DNA of 64,000 nt, taken from the NCBI GenBank assembly GCA_035528795.1, contig DATKXY010000266.1, positions 1,683 to 65,682 of the forward strand, written 5' to 3'. The position numbers and the translations under genes were made by a program. Below, one piece after another: positions 19,019-29,200 of this stretch. The notes beneath the pieces are model-generated. The model was given only the letters and a program-made list of their open reading frames with translations, was not told the DNA's origin and did not search any database. This stretch comes from an archaeon (lineage in GTDB: Bacteria; Gemmatimonadota; Glassbacteria; GWA2-58-10). Each line of letters opens with the position of its first letter. The stretch's first letter is position 1.

Positions 19019-20683
19019 TCAGTCAAAGGCCAGTCTCAGGAGGCCTGACAAGAAGTAGAGCACCATGCCGCCCAGGGCCAGTGCGCCGGCATGAGAAAAA
19101 TCCCAGGAGCCGCTGATCACGCCGAACAGAAAAGCAGCCAGGCCCACGAAGAAAAGGACGAGGAAAAACTTTCCCCAGCCGGACTCCGGCACAATATGGT
19201 AAGGCGCCCCTTCATCCCGCTCGCTGTGGTTTCGGGCCTCCCACACGCGGTCGATCTGTTCATTGCTCTGACCCGGAAACATCACGGTGACGACCGGGGT
19301 CACCACCAGCACTGTGAGGGTGCTGATAAAGGTGGAAAAGAAAAAGGCATCCACACCCCTTAGATAGGCGCTGATCAAGCCTGCCACTATTCCTGACAGA
19401 TAGCCGATAAGCGCTCCCTGCCAGTTGGCGCGCTTCCAGAGCAGCCCGAAAACGATAGTGATCACGAAAAACGGCATATCAAAAATACCGACCACGGTGA
19501 GATAAGCAGCGACAACGTTTTCACCGATCAATGGGATAAGGTAGGCAAAGGCGATCCCCATGGCCCCGGAAACGAAAGTCATGATCCGCACCACCCAGAG
19601 GGTCTGCTTGGGCGAGGCCTCGCGGTTCACTACAGTCTTATAGATGTCGTTACAGAAAAGCGTAGCCACTCCCTCGAGGTTCGTGCTGATCGTGCTCATC
19701 TGGGAGCTCAACAGCCCGCAGGCCACCAGGCCAAGCAAGATAGTGGGCAGGGTGCTTTGCACGAGTATCGGAAAGGCGCTGTCCATTTCCGTGATCCCAG
19801 GATGGATGATCGAGGCCGCCATGCCGGGCAGGATCCAGAGCAGGGCGAACGGGGTGGTGATAATACCCGCCAGGACAAGGCCCTTGGCTGAGCTTTTAGC
19901 GTCTTTCGAGCTGAACGACATCTGCAGGAGACCCTGGTCTGTACTGGCCCACTGGATGCCTAAAATCCAGATCGCCAGGATAAACTGCCAGTTATACGGG
20001 CCTGCATGGGGAACCAGGTTCAGGTGGCCCTCGGCTACTTTTTCCACCAGTCCCGGCCACCAGCCCACCTGCTGCATGACCAGGGGCAGAAGGATCAGCG
20101 CCCCGCCGAGCATCAGGATAAACTGGATCACATCCGTAATTGTCACCGACCACATGCCGCCGAGGAAAGTGTAGGCAATGGCGATAAAGGCGAAGATAAT
20201 CAGCCAGAATGAAAAATTGCCGGTAAAGGCGAGATTTTCCACCCTGGCGATAGTCATAAAGGCCACTGCCGCGGCCCTCAAGACCACGCCGAGCCAGAAC
20301 GCCAGGCGGAAAACCCAGTACAGGCCTACCAGGAAGCGGATCCAGACATTGTAGCGCATTCCCAGGAATTCCGGCACTGTCCTGATTCTCAACCGTCGCA
20401 GGATTGGGATGATCAAGAGACCTGAAAAAACCAGGCCCATATTCCCGGTCCAGGTCTGCCAGACAATCGAGATGCCGTACTTGTAAGCGGTGCCGCTCTG
20501 GCCGATAAAACTGTAAAGGTTGACATTTGCAGCGGTAAGCGCTGCGGCCAGAATGAAAGGTGTCAGGTGACGGCCCGCCACCATGAAATCATCCGCGGTG
20601 TCGATCCAGCGGGACAGGGCGTAACCGATTAAAAACATGCCCGCCAGAAAAACTATCAGCATGCTGAAATCAACATAGCTCAT
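19019..20683 (-). CDS. Sodium:solute symporter family protein
   Basis: DDFMVAGR, TVPEFLGMRY, YTFLGGMWSVTITDVIQ, FGLLWKRANWQGA; many transmembrane segments. Confidence 0.92.
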   Translation of the reverse strand: MSYVDFSMLIVFLAGMFLIGYALSRWIDTADDFMVAGRHLTPFILAAALTAANVNLYSFIGQSGTAYKYGISIVWQTWTGNMGLVFSGLLIIPILRRLRIRTVPEFLGMRYNVWIRFLVGLYWVFRLAFWLGVVLRAAAVAFMTIARVENLAFTGNFSFWLIIFAFIAIAYTFLGGMWSVTITDVIQFILMLGGALILLPLVMQQVGWWPGLVEKVAEGHLNLVPHAGPYNWQFILAIWILGIQWASTDQGLLQMSFSSKDAKSSAKGLVLAGIITTPFALLWILPGMAASIIHPGITEMDSAFPILVQSTLPTILLGLVACGLLSSQMSTISTNLEGVATLFCNDIYKTVVNREASPKQTLWVVRIMTFVSGAMGIAFAYLIPLIGENVVAAYLTVVGIFDMPFFVITIVFGLLWKRANWQGALIGYLSGIVAGLISAYLRGVDAFFFSTFISTLTVLVVTPVVTVMFPGQSNEQIDRVWEARNHSERDEGAPYHIVPESGWGKFFLVLFFVGLAAFLFGVISGSWDFSHAGALALGGMVLYFLSGLLRLAFD

Positions 20684-20853
20684 GTATCGCTCCTGGGCTG
20701 ATTAAGGATCAAGTAAAAGGTTTGTTTGAAGTCGATTATCTTGAGGAGTCCGCTCAAAATACAGCCAAGGCCCTCTTCAGGTCAACAAGAAAGTTGAGCC
20801 GGCGAGGGTTTCCTTGTGGCCCCTCTCTTAATCAAATCCAATCTCTGAGGAAG

Positions 20854-20882
20854 TTGACAAAAACAGGCTTATCCCTTATACT
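20854..20882 (+). promoter_or_regulatory. Sigma70 promoter for the site-2 protease/trpS cluster
   Basis: TTGACA-17 nt-TATACT. Confidence 0.75.
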
Positions 20883-20951
20883 GACTTCAATTTTTCAAAT
20901 AACATAAGCAGAACTATTTTTTCTAAAATCTTAACTTTTGGAGCTTTTTTA

Positions 20952-21614
20952 ATGCAGCAGTGGCTTATGGTTATACCCATTCTTTTGTTTTCTGTGGTGG
21001 TCCATGAGTGCGCTCATGCCCTGGCGGCTGAGCGCGCGGGGGACCCGACAGCCAGGATGCTCGGCCGGATAACGCTCAATCCGATTCCACATATCGACCC
21101 GGTAGGATCGATCCTGGTCCCAGTGCTCCTTTTGCTCACTCACAGCTCGATTTTTTTTGCCTGGGCCAAGCCTGTGCCGGTAAACCCTTACAATTTCAAG
21201 AATCCCAGGCGGGATGACATTGTTGTCTCTTTTGCCGGACCGCTTTCCAATCTGATTCTGTCGCTTGTTTTTGCTGCTCTGCTCCTGATTTTTATCCTTA
21301 TTATTTCCCCAGGCAGCGGACTTTCTCTACCCACGAAAAGCCTGATCGAGCTTTTCAGATACGGTATCTGGATCAACATTATTCTGGCGTTCTTCAACCT
21401 CATCCCGATTCCACCGCTCGATGGGTCGCACATTTTGAGAAACCTCCTGCCGCCTGCGGCGGCCAGAAAATATGATAAGATCCAGCCCTACGGCTTTATT
21501 ATTCTGTTGGCGCTGATCTATTTCAACCTGCTGTCGGTGTTTTTCGTACCGGCCAGATTGCTTTTCTCCGGTATCCTCAAAATGGTGCTCGCTCTAAGCT
21601 CCCTGGCTTATTAG
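20952..21614 (+). CDS. Site-2 (M50) membrane metalloprotease
   Basis: HECAH, AGPLSN, NLIPIPPLDG. Confidence 0.95.
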   Translation: MQQWLMVIPILLFSVVVHECAHALAAERAGDPTARMLGRITLNPIPHIDPVGSILVPVLLLLTHSSIFFAWAKPVPVNPYNFKNPRRDDIVVSFAGPLSNLILSLVFAALLLIFILIISPGSGLSLPTKSLIELFRYGIWINIILAFFNLIPIPPLDGSHILRNLLPPAAARKYDKIQPYGFIILLALIYFNLLSVFFVPARLLFSGILKMVLALSSLAY

Positions 21615-21710
21615 GTTTGATTTGCCAGGGGCATGAGCCAAAAGTTGATCTGCAGCTTGCAAATGTTCTATTTACTGAATATCAGCCAGATTATTCCTCT
21701 ATTCCCACAA

Positions 21711-21735
21711 CTAGGGGCGGACCGATGTGTCCGCC
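21711..21735 (+). repeat. REP-like palindrome
   Basis: ctaggggcggac-cgatgt-gtccgcc. Confidence 0.5.
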
Positions 21736-21811
21736 TGAAGGTTGATATATTTTGATCAGGCCAGGGTGTACACACGGAAAGAACATTAACAGATAAAATT
21801 GGAGTTTTTTC

Positions 21812-22807
21812 ATGACTGAAAAGAAGGGGGTAATTTTAAGCGGAATGCGTCCTACCGGTAAACTTCATCTGGGACATCTGGTGGGGGCCCTGGAGAACTG
21901 GGTCAGCATGCAGGAGAGTTACGACTGTTATTTTCTGGTGGCCGACCTGCATGTCTTGACCACTGGATTTGAAAAGAGTGCCGAGATACCGGACAACACC
22001 CACGAGATGGTCTGCGACTGGCTTGCCGTGGGGCTGGATCCGGAGCGCTCGGTCTTTTTGATCCAGTCAAAGGTCAGGGAGCATTCCGAACTCAACCTGA
22101 TATTTTCGATGATCACTCCCATGCCCTGGGTCGAGCGCAATCCCACTATCAAGGAAATGATCAGCGACCTGGGACTTTCCGGCAAAATCCATTTCGGGCT
22201 GATGGGCTATCCCATTCTCCAGGCCGCGGACATCCTCCTTTACCGGGCAGACCTGGTACCAGTGGGCGAGGATCAGGTGGCCCATGTGGAGATGACACGG
22301 GAAATCGCCAGGAGATTCAACTATCTGTATCAGCCTGTTTTCCCGGAGCCCCAGGCGAAACTGACCACCACCCCGCGCCTGCCGGGCACGGACGGCAAAA
22401 AAATGAGCAAAAGCCTGGGCAACTGCATCTACATTTCAGATGAGGACCAGGCTGTGAGGGATAAAGTATGGCAGATGGTCACGGATCCGCAGAAAATCCG
22501 GAGGGGGGATCCCGGCAGGCCCGAGGTATGCTCTGTCTATGCCTATCACGAGATTTTCAACGCCGGGGGAACAGAGGAGATTGCCTCAGGCTGCCGGTCC
22601 GGAGCCCTGGGCTGCGTCGAGTGCAAGAGGATGCTGACTTCCTCGATCTGCAACCGGCTCGACCCCATCCGTCAGCGGCGCCGCCCTTATTCTGAAGACA
22701 GGCAAAAAGTGATAGAGATTCTGTTCGAGGGCTCACGGGTTGCCGCAGTGAAAGCCGGAGAGACTATGGACATGGTGCGTAAAGCAATGGGGATGGAATT
22801 CCGCTGA
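21812..22807 (+). CDS. trpS: Tryptophan--tRNA ligase
   Basis: SGMRPTGKLHLGH, YPILQAADIL, VPVGEDQ, KMSKS. Confidence 0.98.
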   Translation: MTEKKGVILSGMRPTGKLHLGHLVGALENWVSMQESYDCYFLVADLHVLTTGFEKSAEIPDNTHEMVCDWLAVGLDPERSVFLIQSKVREHSELNLIFSMITPMPWVERNPTIKEMISDLGLSGKIHFGLMGYPILQAADILLYRADLVPVGEDQVAHVEMTREIARRFNYLYQPVFPEPQAKLTTTPRLPGTDGKKMSKSLGNCIYISDEDQAVRDKVWQMVTDPQKIRRGDPGRPEVCSVYAYHEIFNAGGTEEIASGCRSGALGCVECKRMLTSSICNRLDPIRQRRRPYSEDRQKVIEILFEGSRVAAVKAGETMDMVRKAMGMEFR

Positions 22808-22872
22808 TTCACGCGTGCGTCTCCTGTTTGCCGATTGGCAGTTCATGAATTATTTACTTCTTTTCCGAGGGT

Positions 22873-23655
22873 GTGGGGATGGATGACTATCAGGTGCGCC
22901 TTGAATTTTTCGAAGGGCCGATGGATCTGCTCGTTTACCTGATCCGGAAGAACGAGATTGACATATATGACATACCGATAGCGCTGATTGCGGACCAGTA
23001 TCTCGAATATGTCTCGAGGATTGAGACCCTGAATCTCGAGAAGGCTGGCGATTTTCTGCTGCTGGCGGCCACCCTGCTTGAGATTAAAAGCAAGATGCTG
23101 CTGCCCAGGCCGGAAATCGGCGAGGAGGAGTTCGAGGACCCGCGCACTGAGCTGGTGGAAAAGATAGTCGAGTATATGCAGTTCAAGGAGATCGCCGACC
23201 GGATGAGCACTCTGGAGGATTTAGCAAGCCGCCAGGCCGAGCGCGGCTTCTCCGAGGTGGACCTGTACCGCAGTCAGGAGGATGAAGATCTCATGACCGA
23301 GGCCACAGTCAGTGAGCTCATTCTGGCTTTCAGCCGTCTGCTCGTTCAAGCCTCCCAGCCTGAACCGGTTCACCGGGTGTTGCGCGAGAAGATTTCCACA
23401 GCCGCACGGGTGAACCAGATCAGAAAAGTTCTGGCCCAAAAGAGGAGGGTGCTTTTCTCGGATCTTGTCGAGGAAGGCACCGGACGGTTATTCGTGGTAG
23501 TGACCCTGGTCGCTCTGCTTGAAATGGCCAAGGGCGGCGAAATCCAGGTGGAACAGAACGATACTTTTACAGAAATCTGTATCGCCCGGGCTCGGCTCAA
23601 GCCTGTCGAGGAGGAGAGTGATTTTGAAGAGACGGACCAGGACATGTACGAATAA
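22873..23655 (+). CDS. scpA: Segregation/condensation protein A
   Basis: FEGPMDLLVYLIRKNEIDIYDIPI, LLEIKSKMLLP, ALLEMAK. Confidence 0.96.
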   Translation: MGMDDYQVRLEFFEGPMDLLVYLIRKNEIDIYDIPIALIADQYLEYVSRIETLNLEKAGDFLLLAATLLEIKSKMLLPRPEIGEEEFEDPRTELVEKIVEYMQFKEIADRMSTLEDLASRQAERGFSEVDLYRSQEDEDLMTEATVSELILAFSRLLVQASQPEPVHRVLREKISTAARVNQIRKVLAQKRRVLFSDLVEEGTGRLFVVVTLVALLEMAKGGEIQVEQNDTFTEICIARARLKPVEEESDFEETDQDMYE

Positions 23656-23696
23656 GATAAAAAATTTGCTTTTAAAGGCGTGAGGGGTTTTAAAAG

Positions 23697-24308
23697 ATGG
23701 CTGAATATTCAAAAGAGATGCTGGTTGAGGCGCTCCTTTTCGCTTCAAGCGAGCCTGTTTTGGCCAGAAAAATCGCCTTGGCCGCCGAAATCACGGAGGA
23801 TGATGTCCACACGGCGGTCTTTTCTCTCAACAGGGCGTATGAAAACGAAGGCCGGGCTTTCAGGATTCTTCGGGTGGCCGAGGGGTACCAGTTCAGAACC
23901 CTGCCGGAGTTTGCTGATTATGTCAGGGGACTGGGAAGGCAGATCGCCGCAACCAGGCTTTCTATCCCTGCGCTCGAGACTCTGGCCATTATAGCCTACC
24001 GCCAGCCGATCACCCGGGCTGAAATCGAGAAGATCAGAGGAGTCAATGTAAGCGGAATACTCAAGAATCTGATCGAGAAAAGGCTGATCACTGTTACCGG
24101 GCGGGCCCAGGTTCTCGGGCGGCCGCTGCTCTACGGCACAACCCGCGAGTTCCTGCGCTATTTCGGTCTGGCGGATTTAAGCCATCTCCCCAAAGAAAGC
24201 GAACTTCAGGTAATTCTGGCCGAGGAAGGCGCCGATCAGGTGGGCCGCACCTCGAGTCGGATAGGCAAGGAGCCGGGGGAATCGGACGAACAACAGATTC
24301 TCATGTAA
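23697..24308 (+). CDS. scpB: SMC-Scp complex subunit B
   Basis: VEALLFAS, GYQFRT, ALETLAIIAYRQPITRAEIE, GRPLLYGTT. Confidence 0.97.
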   Translation: MAEYSKEMLVEALLFASSEPVLARKIALAAEITEDDVHTAVFSLNRAYENEGRAFRILRVAEGYQFRTLPEFADYVRGLGRQIAATRLSIPALETLAIIAYRQPITRAEIEKIRGVNVSGILKNLIEKRLITVTGRAQVLGRPLLYGTTREFLRYFGLADLSHLPKESELQVILAEEGADQVGRTSSRIGKEPGESDEQQILM

Positions 24309-24334
24309 ATACCCGCGGTGAAAAGATTCAGAAA

Positions 24335-25051
24335 GTGCTCGCCGCTGCAGGTCTCTGCTCGCGCCGTCAGGCTGAGGATTTAATCCGCCGGAGGCTGGTG
24401 CTGGTGAACGGCGAGGTGTGTGACAACCCCGCGCTCCGGATCGATCCAGCGAAAGACGTGGTCGAGTACCGTGGGAAAAGGATAATTCTCCCGAGCAAGA
24501 AAACCGCCTGCCTGATTCTCTACAAAACCGCCGGCTATGTGACCTCCACCGGAGATCCGCACCACCGGAAGACTGTCTACCAACTGCTCCCGAAAGCCGA
24601 GCGGGGAACGCGCTGGCTGTATGTGGGCAGGCTTGACAAAGATACCGAGGGGCTTCTCGTTTTCACAGACTCTGGAGAGCTGGTCCACGCTTTGAGCCAC
24701 CCATCCTACAAGGTGGCCAAACATTACCGGGTTGAGGTGGCAGGCAGGCTGGGACGGCAGGATCTGAAAAAGCTCGAAAGAGGTTTTGAAGTCGAGGGGC
24801 GCCTGATGAAAATGGATCAGGCCCGAATCTTGCCTAGTGAGAAGAATATCACCCGTCTTGAACTCGTGCTCCATCATGGAGAGAAACGGCAGATCAAAAG
24901 GATGCTGGGCCAGCTGGGTTATAGAGTGATTTCACTTTGCCGGACCCGTTTCGGCCCGCTCACTCTGGCAGGCCTTAAGCCCGGTGAGTGCCGCAGGCTG
25001 GAGGAAAAGGAAATGGAAGATCTCATGCGGGCCATTGGGAAAACAGGTTAA
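24335..25051 (+). CDS. rluB: rRNA pseudouridine synthase (RluB/RsuA family); true start probably further upstream
   Basis: S4 domain CSRRQAE, VGRLDKDTEGL, LCRTRFGPL; conserved scpA-scpB-rluB synteny. Confidence 0.85.
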   Translation: MLAAAGLCSRRQAEDLIRRRLVLVNGEVCDNPALRIDPAKDVVEYRGKRIILPSKKTACLILYKTAGYVTSTGDPHHRKTVYQLLPKAERGTRWLYVGRLDKDTEGLLVFTDSGELVHALSHPSYKVAKHYRVEVAGRLGRQDLKKLERGFEVEGRLMKMDQARILPSEKNITRLELVLHHGEKRQIKRMLGQLGYRVISLCRTRFGPLTLAGLKPGECRRLEEKEMEDLMRAIGKTG

Positions 25052-25071
25052 GACTGTTGATAAATTTTTAT

Positions 25072-25099
25072 TTGACAAAACTATATAGTTTGGTTTAAT
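25072..25099 (+). promoter_or_regulatory. Probable sigma70 promoter
   Basis: TTGACA, then an extended -10 TG-G-TTTAAT (16-nt spacer). Confidence 0.5.
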
Positions 25100-25119
25100 T
25101 TATACAGTTAAGACAATTC

Positions 25120-26106
25120 TTGATGGCGCTGACAGGTGAGTATAAACGGGTAAACTTTATCACTAATGTTAATCGAGAAATGATCTTAAGACCGGCAGGG
25201 AAAACCTTGATGAAGGTTTTATTATATCTCTTGTCTGTTTTGATGATCGGGCCACGCCTGTTGACTGCTCAAGAGCTTCCTTTCTACTTGATGGAAATGG
25301 GCGAGGGCCATAGTAATTACGCTTTTGTCGTAGACAAGAAAAATCAGGTGCTTTCCCTTTTCCAAGGCTCCCCCGAAGGACCACAGCTCTTCAAAAAATA
25401 CCGCTGCACCACCGGAAAGAACAACAATGGGTCCAAATACCGCGCCGGAGACAACAAGACCCCGAACGGCATTTATTTTTTCAGAGGTATCCTGGAAGAT
25501 GAACAACTGCCTGAGAAGTACGGGGTCCGCGCCTTCCCCATGGACTATCCCAATGATTACGACCGCCTGAGCAACAAAACCGGCTCAGGAATCTGGCTCC
25601 ATGCAGTGGATGACGACAACCGGGTGGAGATAAGCTACGATACCGAGGGCTGCGTGGTGGTCACCAATAACGATATGGTTGATTTAACCCCCTATGTTTC
25701 TCTCTATACCACACCGATAATTATCGACGACAGTATTTTTACTGTCTCGAAAGACCAGTTCCAGGCCGAAAAGAAAAAAATTCTCGACCTTGTCTCAGGC
25801 TGGGTGGATGCCTGGCAGAACAAGGAGCTTGACCGCTACATGAATTACTACGATGAGCGCTTCCAGGGCTCGGGACGGAACAGGTCCCAGCACAGGGCCC
25901 ATAAACAAACTCTGAACAGAAACTACAAAGAAATCAAGGTCGATATTTCAGATATCAGGATCTACCACTACCATAAATACATTGTGCTCTCTTTTAACCA
26001 GGAATACCGCTCGAACCTCTTTAACTCGAAGGGCCGTAAAAGGCTTTATCTGGCCAATACAGGAGACGAGTGGAAAATAATCTCCGAAAGATTCCAGCGA
26101 ATGTGA
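25120..26106 (+). CDS. YkuD-family L,D-transpeptidase/carboxypeptidase with a C-terminal NTF2-like domain (Csd6/Pgp2-like)
   Basis: GDNKTPNGIY, YPNDYD, GSGIWLH..TEGCVV; C-terminal WVDAWQNK..YMNYY..FNQEYRS..GRKRLY..WKIISE. Real start may be a downstream ATG. Confidence 0.88.
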   Translation: MMALTGEYKRVNFITNVNREMILRPAGKTLMKVLLYLLSVLMIGPRLLTAQELPFYLMEMGEGHSNYAFVVDKKNQVLSLFQGSPEGPQLFKKYRCTTGKNNNGSKYRAGDNKTPNGIYFFRGILEDEQLPEKYGVRAFPMDYPNDYDRLSNKTGSGIWLHAVDDDNRVEISYDTEGCVVVTNNDMVDLTPYVSLYTTPIIIDDSIFTVSKDQFQAEKKKILDLVSGWVDAWQNKELDRYMNYYDERFQGSGRNRSQHRAHKQTLNRNYKEIKVDISDIRIYHYHKYIVLSFNQEYRSNLFNSKGRKRLYLANTGDEWKIISERFQRM

Positions 26107-26242
26107 TAGAGCCCCTCTGAATTTTACCTGCCCTTGAATTGCACGCTAGAGATAGATATACTGTTAACCAAGAAATGTTTCCCCCCCTTCCCGGGATCAG
26201 TTTAAGAATAATCATACCGTCTAACCGCTGCAGCGTAAAAAG

Positions 26243-29200
26243 ATGAGCCTCCTGACAGTCAGGCAAAAAACTCTGCTTACAAGGATACTGGCGGTCTATC
26301 ATCCGGAGTGGGCCTCCCGGGCCGGCAGCCTGGAATCGCTCGCGGAGCGGGAGCTGACTGAAGCTGCGGATTACCTGGAGCGCGTAGTCGGGACTCTCGG
26401 GCTTTTCATCCCCGGCGTGAGACATGATTTCGGGATCACTGAGAGGGGTGGAGATGCCGTGGTTGCCTATTTTACCGGAAAAGAACGCGGCCGGCTGCGG
26501 CGATTTTTCATGATGCTTGACGTGTCGGGCTTCACCGCCCTTCTCACCTTTTTAACCGACCGGTTCGGCAAGCAGGAAGCGGGAGATATAATGAACCTGA
26601 GTATTCTCAACCGCTATTGCCTGGACAAGATCGGCCTGCTGGTCCACTATTTCGGCTCCCAGGACGGGGAGTTTAGCACGCCGGGGGAGAAAGCCTTGAA
26701 AGTGGCCCTTTCTTTCAGGGCGCAGCTTGCACGGGTCACTGACCAGGTGCGTCGGGAGCTGAGCTTGAAACTGGCAGGCAAGCCGCATCAGGAGACTATC
26801 ATACCTTTTATCCGGAGTCTCCAGATAAAAGCCTCGGGTTCTGTAGTGGCCGCAGCAGGGGGACGGTCGGACTTTTACGGCAAAAACAACCGCGTTCGTA
26901 TCACCTGGGGCCAGACCGCCCGCCGTGTGGCAGCCGCCGAAAAAGTGGGCGGCAGCGATCAGAGAGTCGACCCTAAACTGGCCGAGTGTAAGGGAGTCGG
27001 CCTTGACAGCCAGGCGCTTGAGGCTTTGAAGGGCCTGCTGGAGAAAGGCTGGCTCAGGAAGGGCGACTTCCGCCTGAGAGACACCGGCCGCTATCGCAAA
27101 CTGGTCCTCACCCCTCGCGGCCAGGACAGGCTGCTCGAGCAGGTGGATGGACTTCTGGAAAATTACCGGGTCGAAGCGGAAGAAAGCTCGACATGGACAG
27201 GGGTTCCCGCACCAGACAAAGGCCGCGATCTTTTGCGCATCCGAAAGGCAGCCTCCAGTCTCGAGGAACTCCTGCCTTTCCTGTACGGGGTGGATTTTAT
27301 CGAACTTGTGGTCAGCCATCTGGATTCAGAAGGAGACCGCAGGCTTTTGTTTGCAGACCGCTCGAGCCGGATTCACGAAACCGGGATACTTTTTACCAAT
27401 TTCACGGTTTCAGGCAGCGAGCTGCTCGATGAACTGGCCGAGCTGGTGCATGAGGTGACCTCACGCTATGGACTGATTTGCAAATACAATATTTTCCCCA
27501 GAGGAGATTTCAACCTGATGGCTGTTTTGGGTCTGGGAGCTTCCGGGGCGCAGGCTGCGAACCGATTCTACGCGGAGATTCTCTGGCAGTGCTGGCGGGA
27601 TTTGGTCTCCGGTGTGGAAAGAGCTTTCCGCGACCGGGTGTGTCTGCGTTCAGGCATGAGCGTGGGTAAATGCCTTCAGGGTCCGGTGGGTGATAACCTG
27701 ATCCACAACGAACTGACTGTGATCGGTCCTGACTGCAACCTGGCAGCGCGCCTTCTTGCCCGGGCCCTGACCAAGACCGACGGCAAGAGCGGCACCATGG
27801 TGCTGACTAAAGCATGCTATGGCACATTGGGCCACCTGGTCCAGCCTGTAGAGAGTTTCGAGCGGGCGCATCTGAAGGGATTCTCTGATCTGGTACCGTT
27901 ATATTCGGCAAGCCCCCGCAAGGAGAATGAAAGCCTCGAGGTCTTTATAGCCCGTCTGCGCCAGCTGCCTCTGGTCACTACCGATGGGGTACTGGTTGAC
28001 CAGCAGTCCCGTCTGCGCGACGACCGCTGTCTTGCCGCCTGCCTTGATTATCTGGAAGCCGTTGAAAGGGGAAAGAGAGCTGCGAAGGGAGTTCTTGCTT
28101 TTACAGGAGAGAGCGGACTGGGTAAAACGCGCCGGATGGCCGAGCTTATGCAGTGGGGCTTGAATAGAGGCTGGACAGTCCTGTACGGTGAATGCCTGAG
28201 CTGGTACCAGGGAACCGGGAAGCGAGTGGCCCTTGAGACAGCGGGCGCTGAAACCCGCGCAGTGCCCTACCATCCTTTTATCCGCATCTTGAATGAGCAA
28301 GTGTTCGATATTCTTCCCCATGACACGGCAAGCGCTGCCCTGGAAAAAATCAGGCAGGCTTTTATCCGTTTGTCCATTGATAAGGAGCTTCTCGATCAGG
28401 TGCCCATAGTGGGTTCGTATTTAGGGATTGCTGTGCCGGAGGGAAAAATCCCCGTCAGTTTGAGTCCCCTTCAGCGGCGGAACATTTTTTTCGAGCGGGT
28501 GGCTGAAATTTTCGAGAGAATAATCGCTTCCAGGGGAAAGGGCCTGCTGCTCTCTGTCGATGATCTCCAGTGGGCCGACCAGGGCAGCCTGAAACTATTG
28601 CAATTCTTGCGTCAAAGGATTGGCGAAGGGCTGGTTATCTGCGCCGGCGCGCTCCATCCCGGGAACCTCCAGACACTCGACTCGACAAGAGAGGAGGAGC
28701 GGAAGAACAGTTTCCGCCCGTTCGAGCTGCAGCCGCTTAAAAGGCGTGGAGCCGCTGTGCTGGCCAGAGCGGCCCTCGGCCTGAAACCGGAGGCCGGGCT
28801 GCCCGGGCTTCTTGATAAACGTATCGGCGAGCTTGAGAACAACCCGTTGTTCATTATCGAGTTCTGCCGGAAGCTGCTCGATACCGAGGTGGTTTTCGTC
28901 CGGGATGGCAAGGTCCAGAGAATTGAAGAAGAAGCATTAAGCGGTTTGAGCGTGCCCAATCGGGTGCATTCAGTAATCGAAGAGCTTATTAACAGTTTAC
29001 CCAAGCAGGATTTCGATCTTATCCGCCATGCCTCGATACTGGGCAACACCTTGCGCTGCCGGCATGTGGCTGAGCTTTACAGCCGGCTTACCGGTGATAG
29101 TAAAACAGAGCTCAGCGGAATCTATCAGACCTTGCACAGGCTTGCCGGCGGCCGGGTTCTGGAAATCGAGCAGGACAGAGGCCCGGATTCGGTCTATAAA

